Shown piece by piece: positions 1-7,850 of a stretch of DNA of 64,000 nucleotides. The position numbers were made by a program, and so were the translations under genes. The stretch is from a bacterium (GTDB lineage Bacteria; Bacteroidota; Ignavibacteria; UBA10030). Within the stretch, counting starts at the first letter, position 1. Each line of letters begins with the position of its first letter. The stretch covers positions 96,001 through 160,000 of the forward strand of contig JAZDJN010000054.1 in NCBI GenBank assembly GCA_043803945.1, written 5' to 3'. Under the pieces are notes generated by a model, which was given only the letters and a program-made list of their open reading frames with translations, was not told where the DNA came from and ran no database searches.

Positions 1-666
1 AGATCTATCGAAGCTGCTGCGGCGTTTGATCAGGCTGCCGCGCTGCCGCAGGCACCACAAAAAGTTGTCGCCAACTCTCTCTTTGAGGCAGCGGCGATTT
101 ATCAGCGGCTGAAGAATTTCGATCAGGCTTTGAATCTCCTCGGACGGGCAGAGAAGGGATTAAAAGGGACGGAGTATCTTTCAGAGATTGCCTACCTCAA
201 AGGTGCGATCTTCTACGAAAATAATGCCGCAGATGAAGCGAAGAGGCAATTCGAGTTTGTGGTATTAAAACATCCCAAAACGATTTCGGCTGATAAGTCT
301 CGTGTGGGACTTGCCAGGATTGCGATTGCCAATAAGGATTATGCGGGTGCCTTGACGCTCGCACAGGCCGTTGCGACTTCGCGTACAGATGAATTCGGCG
401 CGGAGGCACAATTTCTAAGCGGAACAGCCTATGCCGGTATGAACGATTGGCAGAATGCTGCCACAGCTTTTCTGAGGATGCGGTATGTATTTCCCAAATA
501 CGAAGAGTGGCTCGTTAAAGCCTATCTTGAATTGGGTGGTGCCTATGAAGAATTGAAAAACGTTCCACGTGCAAAAGAGGCATATCAAAATGTGCAAAAG
601 CTGCAGAAGGAGGGGGAACTCTTCAATGAAGCGGCACGACGCTTGAAAAATCTGGAACGATTATAG
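1..666 (+). CDS. TPR-repeat protein, C-terminal part (CpoB/BamD-like TPRs); 5' end lies outside the window
   Basis: Frame 1 is open from base 1 to TAG at 664-666; repeated TPR helices (AEAQFLSGTAY, KAYLELGGAYEEL, AKEAYQNV). Confidence 0.8.
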   Translation, partial: RSIEAAAAFDQAAALPQAPQKVVANSLFEAAAIYQRLKNFDQALNLLGRAEKGLKGTEYLSEIAYLKGAIFYENNAADEAKRQFEFVVLKHPKTISADKSRVGLARIAIANKDYAGALTLAQAVATSRTDEFGAEAQFLSGTAYAGMNDWQNAATAFLRMRYVFPKYEEWLVKAYLELGGAYEELKNVPRAKEAYQNVQKLQKEGELFNEAARRLKNLERL

Positions 667-670
667 AATC

Positions 671-2389
671 ATGAGTGCTGTGAAGCATATCGCCTGCGCT
701 TTACTGCTACTTCCGCTGATTCTGATGAGTCAGCAGAAGGACACAACGAAAATTGGTAAACCCATTCCTGATGTCCGGCGTTTCGAGGTTACTCCGCCCA
801 ATCCCGATCTGCAATTCCTGAATGCTCAGCGGGAAAAACAAAGCACCGATCTTCCAAAGATTGACCTGCCGGAGTTTGTCATCACCGGTACGGCGATGAT
901 GGAACTGCCGGAGGTGCAGAAACTCGATGTCGATGAGCTTGGTGCGTTTCAATTGACTGTGGCCCCAGCGAAAATCGGACTCCGGGATAGGACAACACTC
1001 GAATTTGTCCGTGAACAGAAGTTGGGATATTCTCCGCCCATCCACTCTCCATTCTTTGGAAGAGTGCTGGTATCCGGTGCCACACACTTTACTCCAGAGA
1101 TCGATTTTTCGTTTGGTCAGAGTTCTCCGGAAGGATATTTTTTATCTCACGCCAATTATTATTCCACCAAAGGATATGTTCCATCCTCGAATCGATCGAA
1201 GGGGGCCGTTGACTTGAGCGGCGGCACGACACTGGAATCACCATCAAGCTGGCTCAATCAGAACATGCTCCATGCCACGTTTGGTCTCTCCTCAGAGACA
1301 TATCAGTTTTTTGGTTCGACATCACCTTCTTTGGCCCGTTCGGTGACGGCAATCTCACTCGGAACGTCACTGACGTCGTCGCCTGCTGAGGCGTGGTCCT
1401 ATCAGTATGCGATGGACTATTCGAATCTTACCATGAAGGATAGTTCTCAGAAAACCACTGAGAATAGAGTTGACCTCCTCCTGGTATCGAGCGTTCCGGG
1501 ATCCTTTATTCCGCTTACGGGAAAGGTCAGATTCAACGGTGTGACATATTCAGGTGGCAATTCAGGTTCACTACCCTATCTTGATATCGAACTGAGTACA
1601 AAGCGACTTTGGTGGAAAAATTTGTTCATGCAGGCTTCCGGCCACCTCTATCTTGCCAAAGGAATGATGGATCAAAAGGTATCAAGAGTCTACCCTCACC
1701 TTTATCTGGGAGCTCGGATTATCGAGGGATTTACTTTATCGACATCGTATAGGGGAATTATCTCATTCTCTTCATTCCATGACTATTTGCAGGTACAACC
1801 CTATCTGGGATCAAGTTCGCTGCTATTATTTTCCGATATCTCAACCGAAATTTCTGGTGGAATTGAAGGACATTTAGGCTCGTGGCTTGATGTCAAATTT
1901 GATACCCGCTATCAATCCATTCGAAATCAACCGATTCTCAGCAATCCTGGGAACCAGGGAGTATGGAGTTTCTCCTATGGCGGTAAGACGACGTGGATCA
2001 CATACTCCACTGATATCATTGCAAAGCTCTCGCCAAATGTGTATTTTGCTCTTGCAATCGATGCGAATGAAACAAAGAATTCTATTCTCGATCATCCCTT
2101 GCCCTATGTCGCAAATGTTCTAGCATCAACTCGGCTAGTGTATGGTTTTGAAAATGGATTATCGATATCTCCACAATTCGATTATATCGGTAAGAGAAGT
2201 ATCGACACGTTTACAGATCGATCATTGCCTGGTTATCTGCTTACCGGAATAGCAGTTCAGTACGCGTTTCATCGCTCGTGGAATGCGATGATAGATTTTC
2301 AAAATTTGTTCGATAATAAATTTGATGAATGGCAAGGGTATCGGGGCACGCCGTTCATGATGAGAATCGGTGTAGAATTTAAATGGTAG
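671..2389 (+). CDS. Outer-membrane beta-barrel protein, TonB-dependent-receptor-like
   Basis: Signal peptide, LPEFVITG TonB-box-like motif, amphipathic strands, C-terminal FQNLFD...IGVEFKW signature. Confidence 0.7.
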   Translation: MSAVKHIACALLLLPLILMSQQKDTTKIGKPIPDVRRFEVTPPNPDLQFLNAQREKQSTDLPKIDLPEFVITGTAMMELPEVQKLDVDELGAFQLTVAPAKIGLRDRTTLEFVREQKLGYSPPIHSPFFGRVLVSGATHFTPEIDFSFGQSSPEGYFLSHANYYSTKGYVPSSNRSKGAVDLSGGTTLESPSSWLNQNMLHATFGLSSETYQFFGSTSPSLARSVTAISLGTSLTSSPAEAWSYQYAMDYSNLTMKDSSQKTTENRVDLLLVSSVPGSFIPLTGKVRFNGVTYSGGNSGSLPYLDIELSTKRLWWKNLFMQASGHLYLAKGMMDQKVSRVYPHLYLGARIIEGFTLSTSYRGIISFSSFHDYLQVQPYLGSSSLLLFSDISTEISGGIEGHLGSWLDVKFDTRYQSIRNQPILSNPGNQGVWSFSYGGKTTWITYSTDIIAKLSPNVYFALAIDANETKNSILDHPLPYVANVLASTRLVYGFENGLSISPQFDYIGKRSIDTFTDRSLPGYLLTGIAVQYAFHRSWNAMIDFQNLFDNKFDEWQGYRGTPFMMRIGVEFKW

Positions 2390-2418
2390 TATCTATCAAT
2401 ACATAAGGAGGGACTTCA

Positions 2419-3207
2419 ATGCCTGACCTCAATCTTGCAGATGAAGATAGTTCATTAGAAACCACGGATGAAACCGAATCGACAGAGGAGTCGGAAGCTC
2501 TAGAAGGGCCGGAAAGGGGAAAAGGAGGAGGTCTTCTTAAAATTCTCATGATTGTTCTCATTGTAATCATTGGCCTTGGAGCAAGTGCGTATTTATTAAA
2601 CAGCCTTGGCATCGTCAAGTTATGGGGAAAGAAGGCGAAGCTGAGCTATACGCAGGAATTGACTGCTGAAGAAGGACAGATGCAAACTGAACAACAGGCT
2701 ACCTCGACCGATCAACAGGTGACTCCTCCAACAGAGCAGCAACAGATGATCGAAACACCTCCTCTGGAAGAAACAAAGAAGGAAACGACACAAGAGAGTA
2801 AGCCAACTCCGGTTGAGAAAAAAGAGCCGTTGAAAAAACCGGTTGAGAAAAAAGAACCAGCAAAAAAGCCGGTCGAGAAAAAAGAATCCGCGAAACCGAA
2901 AGAGGAAAAACCGGTGAAACCGATGCCGAACGCACCTGCCACGGCGAGCAAGTTGACCGATATGAGTGGAACGTTTACCATTCAGGTCTCGGCATTTCAG
3001 GACAAGGCCAAAGCCGATAAAATGGCGAAGCGCTTAACCGATGCAGGGTATCCCGCCTATGTTGCTGAAAAGCAAACCAGCAAGGGCTTACTCCATGTGG
3101 TGCGAATCGGGAAGTATGCATCACTCAAGGAAGCACAGACGGCTGTGCAGGGATTTGCCCAGGAGATTAAAGCGTCTCATTATATCGACAGAGTGAAAAC
3201 GAAGTAA
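2419..3207 (+). CDS. Membrane-anchored SPOR-domain protein
   Basis: One TM helix, low-complexity Q/E/K/P linker, C-terminal FTIQVSAF...A...L...G...VRIGKY SPOR domain. Confidence 0.85.
   Translation: MPDLNLADEDSSLETTDETESTEESEALEGPERGKGGGLLKILMIVLIVIIGLGASAYLLNSLGIVKLWGKKAKLSYTQELTAEEGQMQTEQQATSTDQQVTPPTEQQQMIETPPLEETKKETTQESKPTPVEKKEPLKKPVEKKEPAKKPVEKKESAKPKEEKPVKPMPNAPATASKLTDMSGTFTIQVSAFQDKAKADKMAKRLTDAGYPAYVAEKQTSKGLLHVVRIGKYASLKEAQTAVQGFAQEIKASHYIDRVKTK
2809..2895 (+). repeat. Three imperfect 30-bp tandem repeats encoding PVEKKE(P/S)xKK in the SPOR linker
   Basis: ccggt(t/c)gagaaaaaaga units start at 2809, 2839 and 2869. Confidence 0.85.
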
Positions 3208-3236
3208 GGTTCTTCTACACAAATCAAAGGAGCAGT

Positions 3237-3932
3237 ATGAATTTGTATGAACTCTATATGCAGGGGGGAATTGTTATGCATCCGATTCTCCTCTGTTCCA
3301 TCCTGATGGTGATGGTGATTATCGAGAGAGCGATTGTTCTCAAGCGCGCAAAGATTGACACCGGTCAATTTATGTTGAAGCTTCGAAGTGTGGTTCAGCG
3401 GGGTGGTGTCGAAGCCGGACTCACCTTTTGTTCGAAAAGCAGTGCGCCGATTGCCAATCTCATGAAAAAAGGGCTGAGCAAATACAACGAAGGTACCGAA
3501 CGCGTGCGCGAAGCTATTGAGAATGCAGGAAAGGAAGAAGTCTATCATCTCGAGACTCGATTAGGCATGCTGGCATCGATCGCTGGTATTGCACCATTAC
3601 TGGGCTTCCTCGGAACAGTCACCGGTATGATCCAGGCCTTCATGATGGTTCAGAAGTTGGGCGGGAATGCAAGTCCGGCAGATCTCGCGGGCGGTATCTG
3701 GGAAGCTCTGCTCACGACTGCATTCGGATTGTTCGTTGGTATTCCGGCTCTGGGATTCTACAATTACTTTATCACGAAAGTGGGGCGCTTTGTCTTTGAA
3801 CTGGAAAGTGCTTCTGAAGAATTCCTTGATCTGGCAAGAGCAGGTGCACTTGAGAATTCCATAACACCGCATGAAAAAACGAAAGCAGTTGCAACCGAAG
3901 AGGCAGACGAGTTCTTCAAGAAAAAAGGATAA
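3237..3932 (+). CDS. exbB: MotA/TolQ/ExbB proton channel protein
   Basis: APLLGFLGTVTGMI and GIWEALLTTAFGLFVGIPA motifs. Confidence 0.9.
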   Translation: MNLYELYMQGGIVMHPILLCSILMVMVIIERAIVLKRAKIDTGQFMLKLRSVVQRGGVEAGLTFCSKSSAPIANLMKKGLSKYNEGTERVREAIENAGKEEVYHLETRLGMLASIAGIAPLLGFLGTVTGMIQAFMMVQKLGGNASPADLAGGIWEALLTTAFGLFVGIPALGFYNYFITKVGRFVFELESASEEFLDLARAGALENSITPHEKTKAVATEEADEFFKKKG

Positions 3933-3934
3933 GT

Positions 3935-4336
3935 ATGAATTTCCGAAGCCAGCATAAGCATATGGCGGCATTTTCCTATGCCTCCTTAACCGATGTCATC
4001 CTTCAGTTGATGATATTCTTCCTGCTCTCGTCGTCGTTTGTCATTCAACCCGGCATCAAAGTCCAGCTCCCGAAAGCCGAAGCAGGAGAAGCAGACAGCA
4101 AGCGGGAAATCATCGTTACACTCACCGAGGGGGGAGTGATCTTCGTCAACAATGAGCAGGTGACGACAGAGACACTCGGGGCGAAGCTTTCTACCGTACT
4201 TCAGGGGAAGAGTGATTTTATCGTGGTTATCAATGCCGACCGTAACGTCAATCTGCAAAGTGCAATTCAGGTGATGGACATTGCTAAGGCAGTTGGCGCC
4301 AGCCGGTTTCTGATCGCAACGAAACCCTCGAATTAG
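3935..4336 (+). CDS. exbD: ExbD/TolR protein
   Basis: SLTDVILQLMIFFLL TM helix with Asp; VQLPKA; INADRNV...VMD. Confidence 0.9.
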   Translation: MNFRSQHKHMAAFSYASLTDVILQLMIFFLLSSSFVIQPGIKVQLPKAEAGEADSKREIIVTLTEGGVIFVNNEQVTTETLGAKLSTVLQGKSDFIVVINADRNVNLQSAIQVMDIAKAVGASRFLIATKPSN

Positions 4337-4339
4337 CTT

Positions 4340-5143
4340 ATGGCTAAGCATCGAACAGAAAATATTGTTGGGTGGATCGGTTCCTTCATTTTCCATCTGC
4401 TCCTCTTGATTTTATTTCTCCTCACCAGACTCCCGGAGTTTGCAGAACGGGTCGATTTTGTAGAGGTCAATTGGGGCGGCGTCTCTTCCATTGCTGCAGC
4501 CCAACTATCCTCGTCGCAGGCTTCGCTGGGCGAAGCTGGTGATCTTGCCGTGCCAGCTACAACAAAAACCGTTGCGCAAAAGAACGAACCTACACAAAGA
4601 GTTGACACACCTGAACGACGACTGCCAGATCCGTCTAATGAAATCATTCGGGTGCCGCGCTCGGATAAAATAACCTCATCCGAGGCAAATCTTAATGCCA
4701 AACAATCCAAAATTACCCGAAGCGGCGAGAGGGAATTTGCCGGTACGAGTACGACCAGCCGAAAAGAGATTGGTATTCCTGGCAGAACCGGTACTGCAGG
4801 AGGTGCGGCAAAGCCGTCAATCGGGATGGGAAGTGCCGATGGAAGCATCGGGAGCGGTACGTCGTACAGTATCCAGTGGTTGAATGGCGGAACTCGGCAG
4901 AAAATCGCCGGAGATCTGCCGAAATATCCTCAGGGAGTGAATGTTGAAGCACAGATAAAAGTCCGGACAACCATAACACCGGATGGCAGTGTAAAGATCG
5001 TCACTCCCGCCCAAAAAGCAAACCAGCGTATGGAGGATGCAGCCATGAAGGAAGTACGTCTCTGGCGCTTTGAACCGCTCCGCTCATCTCAGCGACAGGA
5101 TGATCAGGAATGCATCATTACATTTTTATTCAAATTGAAGTAG
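4340..5143 (+). CDS. TonB/TolA-like energy transducer
   Basis: N-terminal anchor SFIFH (SxxxH), long linker, TonB-C domain (PKYP...DGSV...WRFEP...ITFLF). Confidence 0.8.
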   Translation: MAKHRTENIVGWIGSFIFHLLLLILFLLTRLPEFAERVDFVEVNWGGVSSIAAAQLSSSQASLGEAGDLAVPATTKTVAQKNEPTQRVDTPERRLPDPSNEIIRVPRSDKITSSEANLNAKQSKITRSGEREFAGTSTTSRKEIGIPGRTGTAGGAAKPSIGMGSADGSIGSGTSYSIQWLNGGTRQKIAGDLPKYPQGVNVEAQIKVRTTITPDGSVKIVTPAQKANQRMEDAAMKEVRLWRFEPLRSSQRQDDQECIITFLFKLK

Positions 5144-5227
5144 GGTAATTGTTAGGTCTGGGAGTCGGTAGACGGAAGAAGGGGAATGGGGGAGATAGAA
5201 AGAGGGACGATAGAAGTTGGAAGAGAG

Positions 5228-5521
5228 ATGAATACCAAGCTTCAAGAAATACAAAACATTCTTACATTTCAAAAGGATCGACTTCATCAGCAATTCGGTG
5301 TGAGACGGTTGGGAATATTTGGATCCTATGCAAGAAACGATGAGCGGTCTGACAGCGATGTAGACATTTTGGTTGAATTTGACAGGCCAATAGGACTTGC
5401 ATTTGTTGACCTTGCCGAAGAGCTGGAACGAATACTCGGAATGAAAGTAGACTTAGTTTCACGAAACGCTATCAGCAAAAAAATGCTTCCCTCTATTGAA
5501 AATGAACTCTTCTATGTCTAA
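5228..5521 (+). CDS. Minimal nucleotidyltransferase (MNT) antitoxin
   Basis: GIFGSYAR...SDVDILVEF and KVDLV motifs; ~97 aa; overlaps the downstream HEPN start. Confidence 0.85.
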   Translation: MNTKLQEIQNILTFQKDRLHQQFGVRRLGIFGSYARNDERSDSDVDILVEFDRPIGLAFVDLAEELERILGMKVDLVSRNAISKKMLPSIENELFYV

Positions 5522-5651
5522 CAGAGATTGGAAGATACTGATCTCGGATATTCAAGAAAGCGCTGATAAAATTGTTCGTAGAAGTCTGTCTTCTAAGCTC
5601 AGCTTAATCTGTGTAAGAAGACAGACTTCTTTAAAGTTCATTTCTCTCTAA
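5514..5651 (+). pseudogene. Truncated HEPN (DUF86/HepT-like) toxin
   Basis: ATG overlaps the MNT end; MSNRDWKILISDIQESADKIVR resembles the DUF86 N-terminus, then the frame reads into a palindrome at 5580 and stops at 5649-5651. Confidence 0.7.
5580..5630. repeat. Palindromic element family A, copy 1
   Basis: Perfect 15-bp inverted repeat agaagtctgtcttct-N21-agaagacagacttct. Confidence 0.9.
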
Positions 5652-5681
5652 GTTGAAGTGATAGGCTGAAAAGCAGAACAT

Positions 5682-5730
5682 AAAAGTCCGTCTTCTAATC
5701 ATAGATGGCACTGTAAGAAGACGGACTTTT
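5682..5730. repeat. Palindromic element family A, copy 2
   Basis: Perfect 15-bp inverted repeat aaaagtccgtcttct-N19-agaagacggactttt, with compensatory changes relative to copy 1. Confidence 0.9.
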
Positions 5731-5746
5731 AGCAAACGGCAAATTA

Positions 5747-5923
5747 CCATTTGATCTATTAGTATCAAATTGTTGTGACTAATTGATACTACACGATCAA
5801 ATTGTTAATTTCTGATATGAGCAGCAGATTGACACAGAGTGAAGTTTTAAGTACTATGCTTGTAAAAATATTCACAACATTCGTTAAGATATCTTATTGC
5901 AAATTCTATTTTAAAAGTAATTT
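5747..5923 (+). repeat. Duplicated promoter block, copy 1 (homologous to ~6522-6700)
   Basis: Shares ccatttgat...cacgatcaaattgt...gattgacacagagtgaagtttt..gtactatgcttgtaa...attcacaacattc...gcaaattctattt with copy 2. Confidence 0.85.
5829..5877 (+). promoter_or_regulatory. Sigma70-type promoter with a downstream palindromic operator
   Basis: TTGACA(5829)-17 bp-TACTAT(5852); TTGTAAA-AATA-TTCACAA at 5860-5877. Confidence 0.75.
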
Positions 5924-5953
5924 CTTTGCTTTGTTAGGGGTAAGGTGAATAAA

Positions 5954-6154
5954 ATGAATAAAGCGATCGTGATAAAACCTCAAAATGAAGAAGAGGGGGA
6001 ATTTCTTTCAAGGTTGTTGAAGAAGCTGGGGATTGAATCATCCAGCATCGATTCTGAGTTGATGGAAGAATATGGGATTTCTCTGAAAATGAAGGAAGTA
6101 GATCGGACAAAAAAAGTAAGTCGCGCTGTGATTATGCGAAAGCTTAGATCCTGA
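5954..6154 (+). CDS. Putative type II antitoxin
   Basis: Small ORF whose TGA overlaps the ATG of a RelE-like gene. Confidence 0.65.
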   Translation: MNKAIVIKPQNEEEGEFLSRLLKKLGIESSSIDSELMEEYGISLKMKEVDRTKKVSRAVIMRKLRS

Positions 6155-6420
6155 TGCAGGTAGAATTCCTTGAGGCATTTTCAAAAGATTTAAATCTCAT
6201 CAGTCAGCGATCTATAAAATCGTCCCTGGAGAGACTTATCCTTCAGATAGAAGCAGCGTGATCTCTCTCAGAGATCCAAAATGTGAAAAAACTGAGTGGT
6301 TTCAAATCGGCCTTCAGAATTAAAATTGGTAATTATCGCGTCGGCATTTTCGTCGAAGGAAATCTTGTCCAATTTGCACGAATGCTCCACCGAAAAGAAA
6401 TCTACAGGTCATTCCCTTAA
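6154..6420 (+). pseudogene. RelE/ParE-family toxin with an in-frame TGA at codon 36
   Basis: MQVEFLEAFSKDL...EAA*SLSEIQNVKKLSGFKSAFRIKIGNYRVGIF...HRKEIYRSFP; TGA at 6259-6261, frame otherwise intact. Confidence 0.85.
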
Positions 6421-6421
6421 A

Positions 6422-6470
6422 AGAAGCATGTCTTTTAAGCGCGATTAATCTAAGAAAAAGACAGACTTCT
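6422..6470. repeat. Palindromic element family A, copy 3 (degenerate)
   Basis: agaagcatgtctttt-N19-aaaagacagacttct immediately after the relE stop. Confidence 0.8.
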
Positions 6471-6521
6471 TCTTTTTTAACAAACATCGTCCTGCTTCAT
6501 TTTGAGTTGTCACTTATCTCC

Positions 6522-6700
6522 CCATTTGATAGAGAAGCATCTAATTGTCGTGACTAATCGACACTTCACGATCAAATTGTCTATTTCTGATGCGGGTGCT
6601 GATTGACACAGAGTGAAGTTTTGAGTACTATGCTTGTAATAAGATTCACAACATTCTTTGAGATTTCTTATGGCAAATTCTATTTCAATTGAAGTGAATT
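6522..6700 (+). repeat. Duplicated promoter block, copy 2
   Basis: Homologous to 5747-5923; TTGACA(6603)-17 bp-TACTAT(6626); operator-like TTGTAAT-AAGA-TTCACAA at 6634-6651. Confidence 0.85.
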
Positions 6701-6879
6701 TATCCCCTGAACAAATTATCGAGGCTGTTCGACGGATGAAGAAATCCGAAAGAGCTTCTTTTGTAGAAGACTTGATTTCTGCTGCGAGTCCAGAATATCT
6801 CGAAAGCATTCGCGAGGCACGAGAGGATTATAGAAAAGGTCGTACATCGACTCATGCTGATGTTTTTCCTCGAAAATGA
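6670..6879 (+). CDS. Putative type II antitoxin
   Basis: C-terminal ESIREAREDYRKGRTSTHADVF is typical of RelB-like antitoxins; ATGA overlap with the toxin. Confidence 0.75.
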   Translation: MANSISIEVNLSPEQIIEAVRRMKKSERASFVEDLISAASPEYLESIREAREDYRKGRTSTHADVFPRK

Positions 6880-7133
6880 CTTACGAGTTGGTCTATACCA
6901 AGCGTGCAGTTCGTGATATCATTCGACTTGATGAGCGAACGAAAGCACGTCTTAAATCAGCACTTGAATCTTTCAGCGCTGAACCATTTAAGCATGCCGA
7001 AAAGTTGGTAAACCCCGAACTTGGTACATATCGTTTTCGTGTTGGCAGCTATCGGATAATCTTTGATGTCGATGGATCCTTCATTATAATTTTACGTGTC
7101 GGTCATCGACGCGATATCTATCGAGGCATCTAA
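6876..7133 (+). CDS. RelE/ParE-family toxin (intact)
   Basis: YELVYTKRAVRDI...YRFRVGSYRIIF...ILRVGHRRDIY. Confidence 0.9.
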   Translation: MTYELVYTKRAVRDIIRLDERTKARLKSALESFSAEPFKHAEKLVNPELGTYRFRVGSYRIIFDVDGSFIIILRVGHRRDIYRGI

Positions 7134-7164
7134 GAAGAAGTCACGCGATACAGTTTGAACCTAC

Positions 7165-7533
7165 CTAGCTCCGGGTTTCTCCATCGGCACCCTTTTCGCG
7201 GTTTCCTGCTGTTTTATCCTCTTTCAAAATAAAGTAATAAAAGAAAACCTCTCCGAATGTCAACAGGAGTAAGGACACCGTATCAAAATTTATCTCTCTC
7301 TTGAACACGCGGATAAAAGTAGTGGGAGAGGGGGCATCGTACCATTGCTGGATAAAAAAACTTTGATGGAAGATCAGCTTTGTGAGAAGGGTTGAGATCG
7401 TCCAGCCGATGGCAAAGACAAGAACCACTAATCCCACGGCGAGCAATCCCTCAGAGAGACCTTCTTTCCTTCTACTGAAGAAGGCATAGAGAAGGCCGAT
7501 GATATGAATGGAGAAAATGAAGAAAGCAACCAT
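7165..7533 (-). CDS. Small membrane protein of unknown function (3 TM helices)
   Basis: 122-aa ORF with three hydrophobic segments. Confidence 0.65.
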   Translation of the reverse strand: MVAFFIFSIHIIGLLYAFFSRRKEGLSEGLLAVGLVVLVFAIGWTISTLLTKLIFHQSFFIQQWYDAPSPTTFIRVFKREINFDTVSLLLLTFGEVFFYYFILKEDKTAGNREKGADGETRS

Positions 7534-7542
7534 GTCGAGGAA

Positions 7543-7577
7543 CAGTCAATAGTTAATAGGGAATGGTGAATAGTGAA
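7543..7577. repeat. Degenerate heptamer tandem array (TAGTGAA-like, 5 units)
   Basis: cagtcaa tagttaa tagggaa tggtgaa tagtgaa. Confidence 0.6.
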
Positions 7578-7660
7578 TCGTTGTTATACATATTCTTTAG
7601 TGAAGTACAAAGGGTGACGAGTAAAGAGTAAAATATTCCCCATAGCAATCCTACGAAAAT

Positions 7661-7802
7661 AATCCTGTGTATCCTGTAAATCCATGTTATTACAATTCAC
7701 ATCGATGCACATGATCAACAGGATATGATATCAAATAATCCTATCCATCCTGACTATCCATGTAAAAATTATTTCACATCGATGTACAGGATTAGCAGGA
7801 TA
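7661..7802. repeat. Two ~76-bp-period imperfect repeats built from 9-nt-periodic ATCCTG arms and their inverses
   Basis: aatcctgtgtatcctgtaaatccatgt...cacatcgatgcacatgatcaacaggat and aatcctatccatcctgactatccatgt...cacatcgatgtacaggattagcaggat. Confidence 0.75.
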
Positions 7803-7850
7803 ATTATTTTGGAGTCTCTTTAAAATCTTTTCAATCCTGTAAATGCTGGT

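Noticed and set aside
6259-6261. TGA as selenocysteine or a reassigned codon
   Set aside because: RelE has no catalytic Cys at this position, no convincing SECIS hairpin follows, and many genes in the window end in TGA
5580-6470. Palindromes as CRISPR repeats or integron attC sites
   Set aside because: Spacing is irregular, there are no unique equal-length spacers, no cas or intI gene, and no RYYYAAC/GTTRRRY ends
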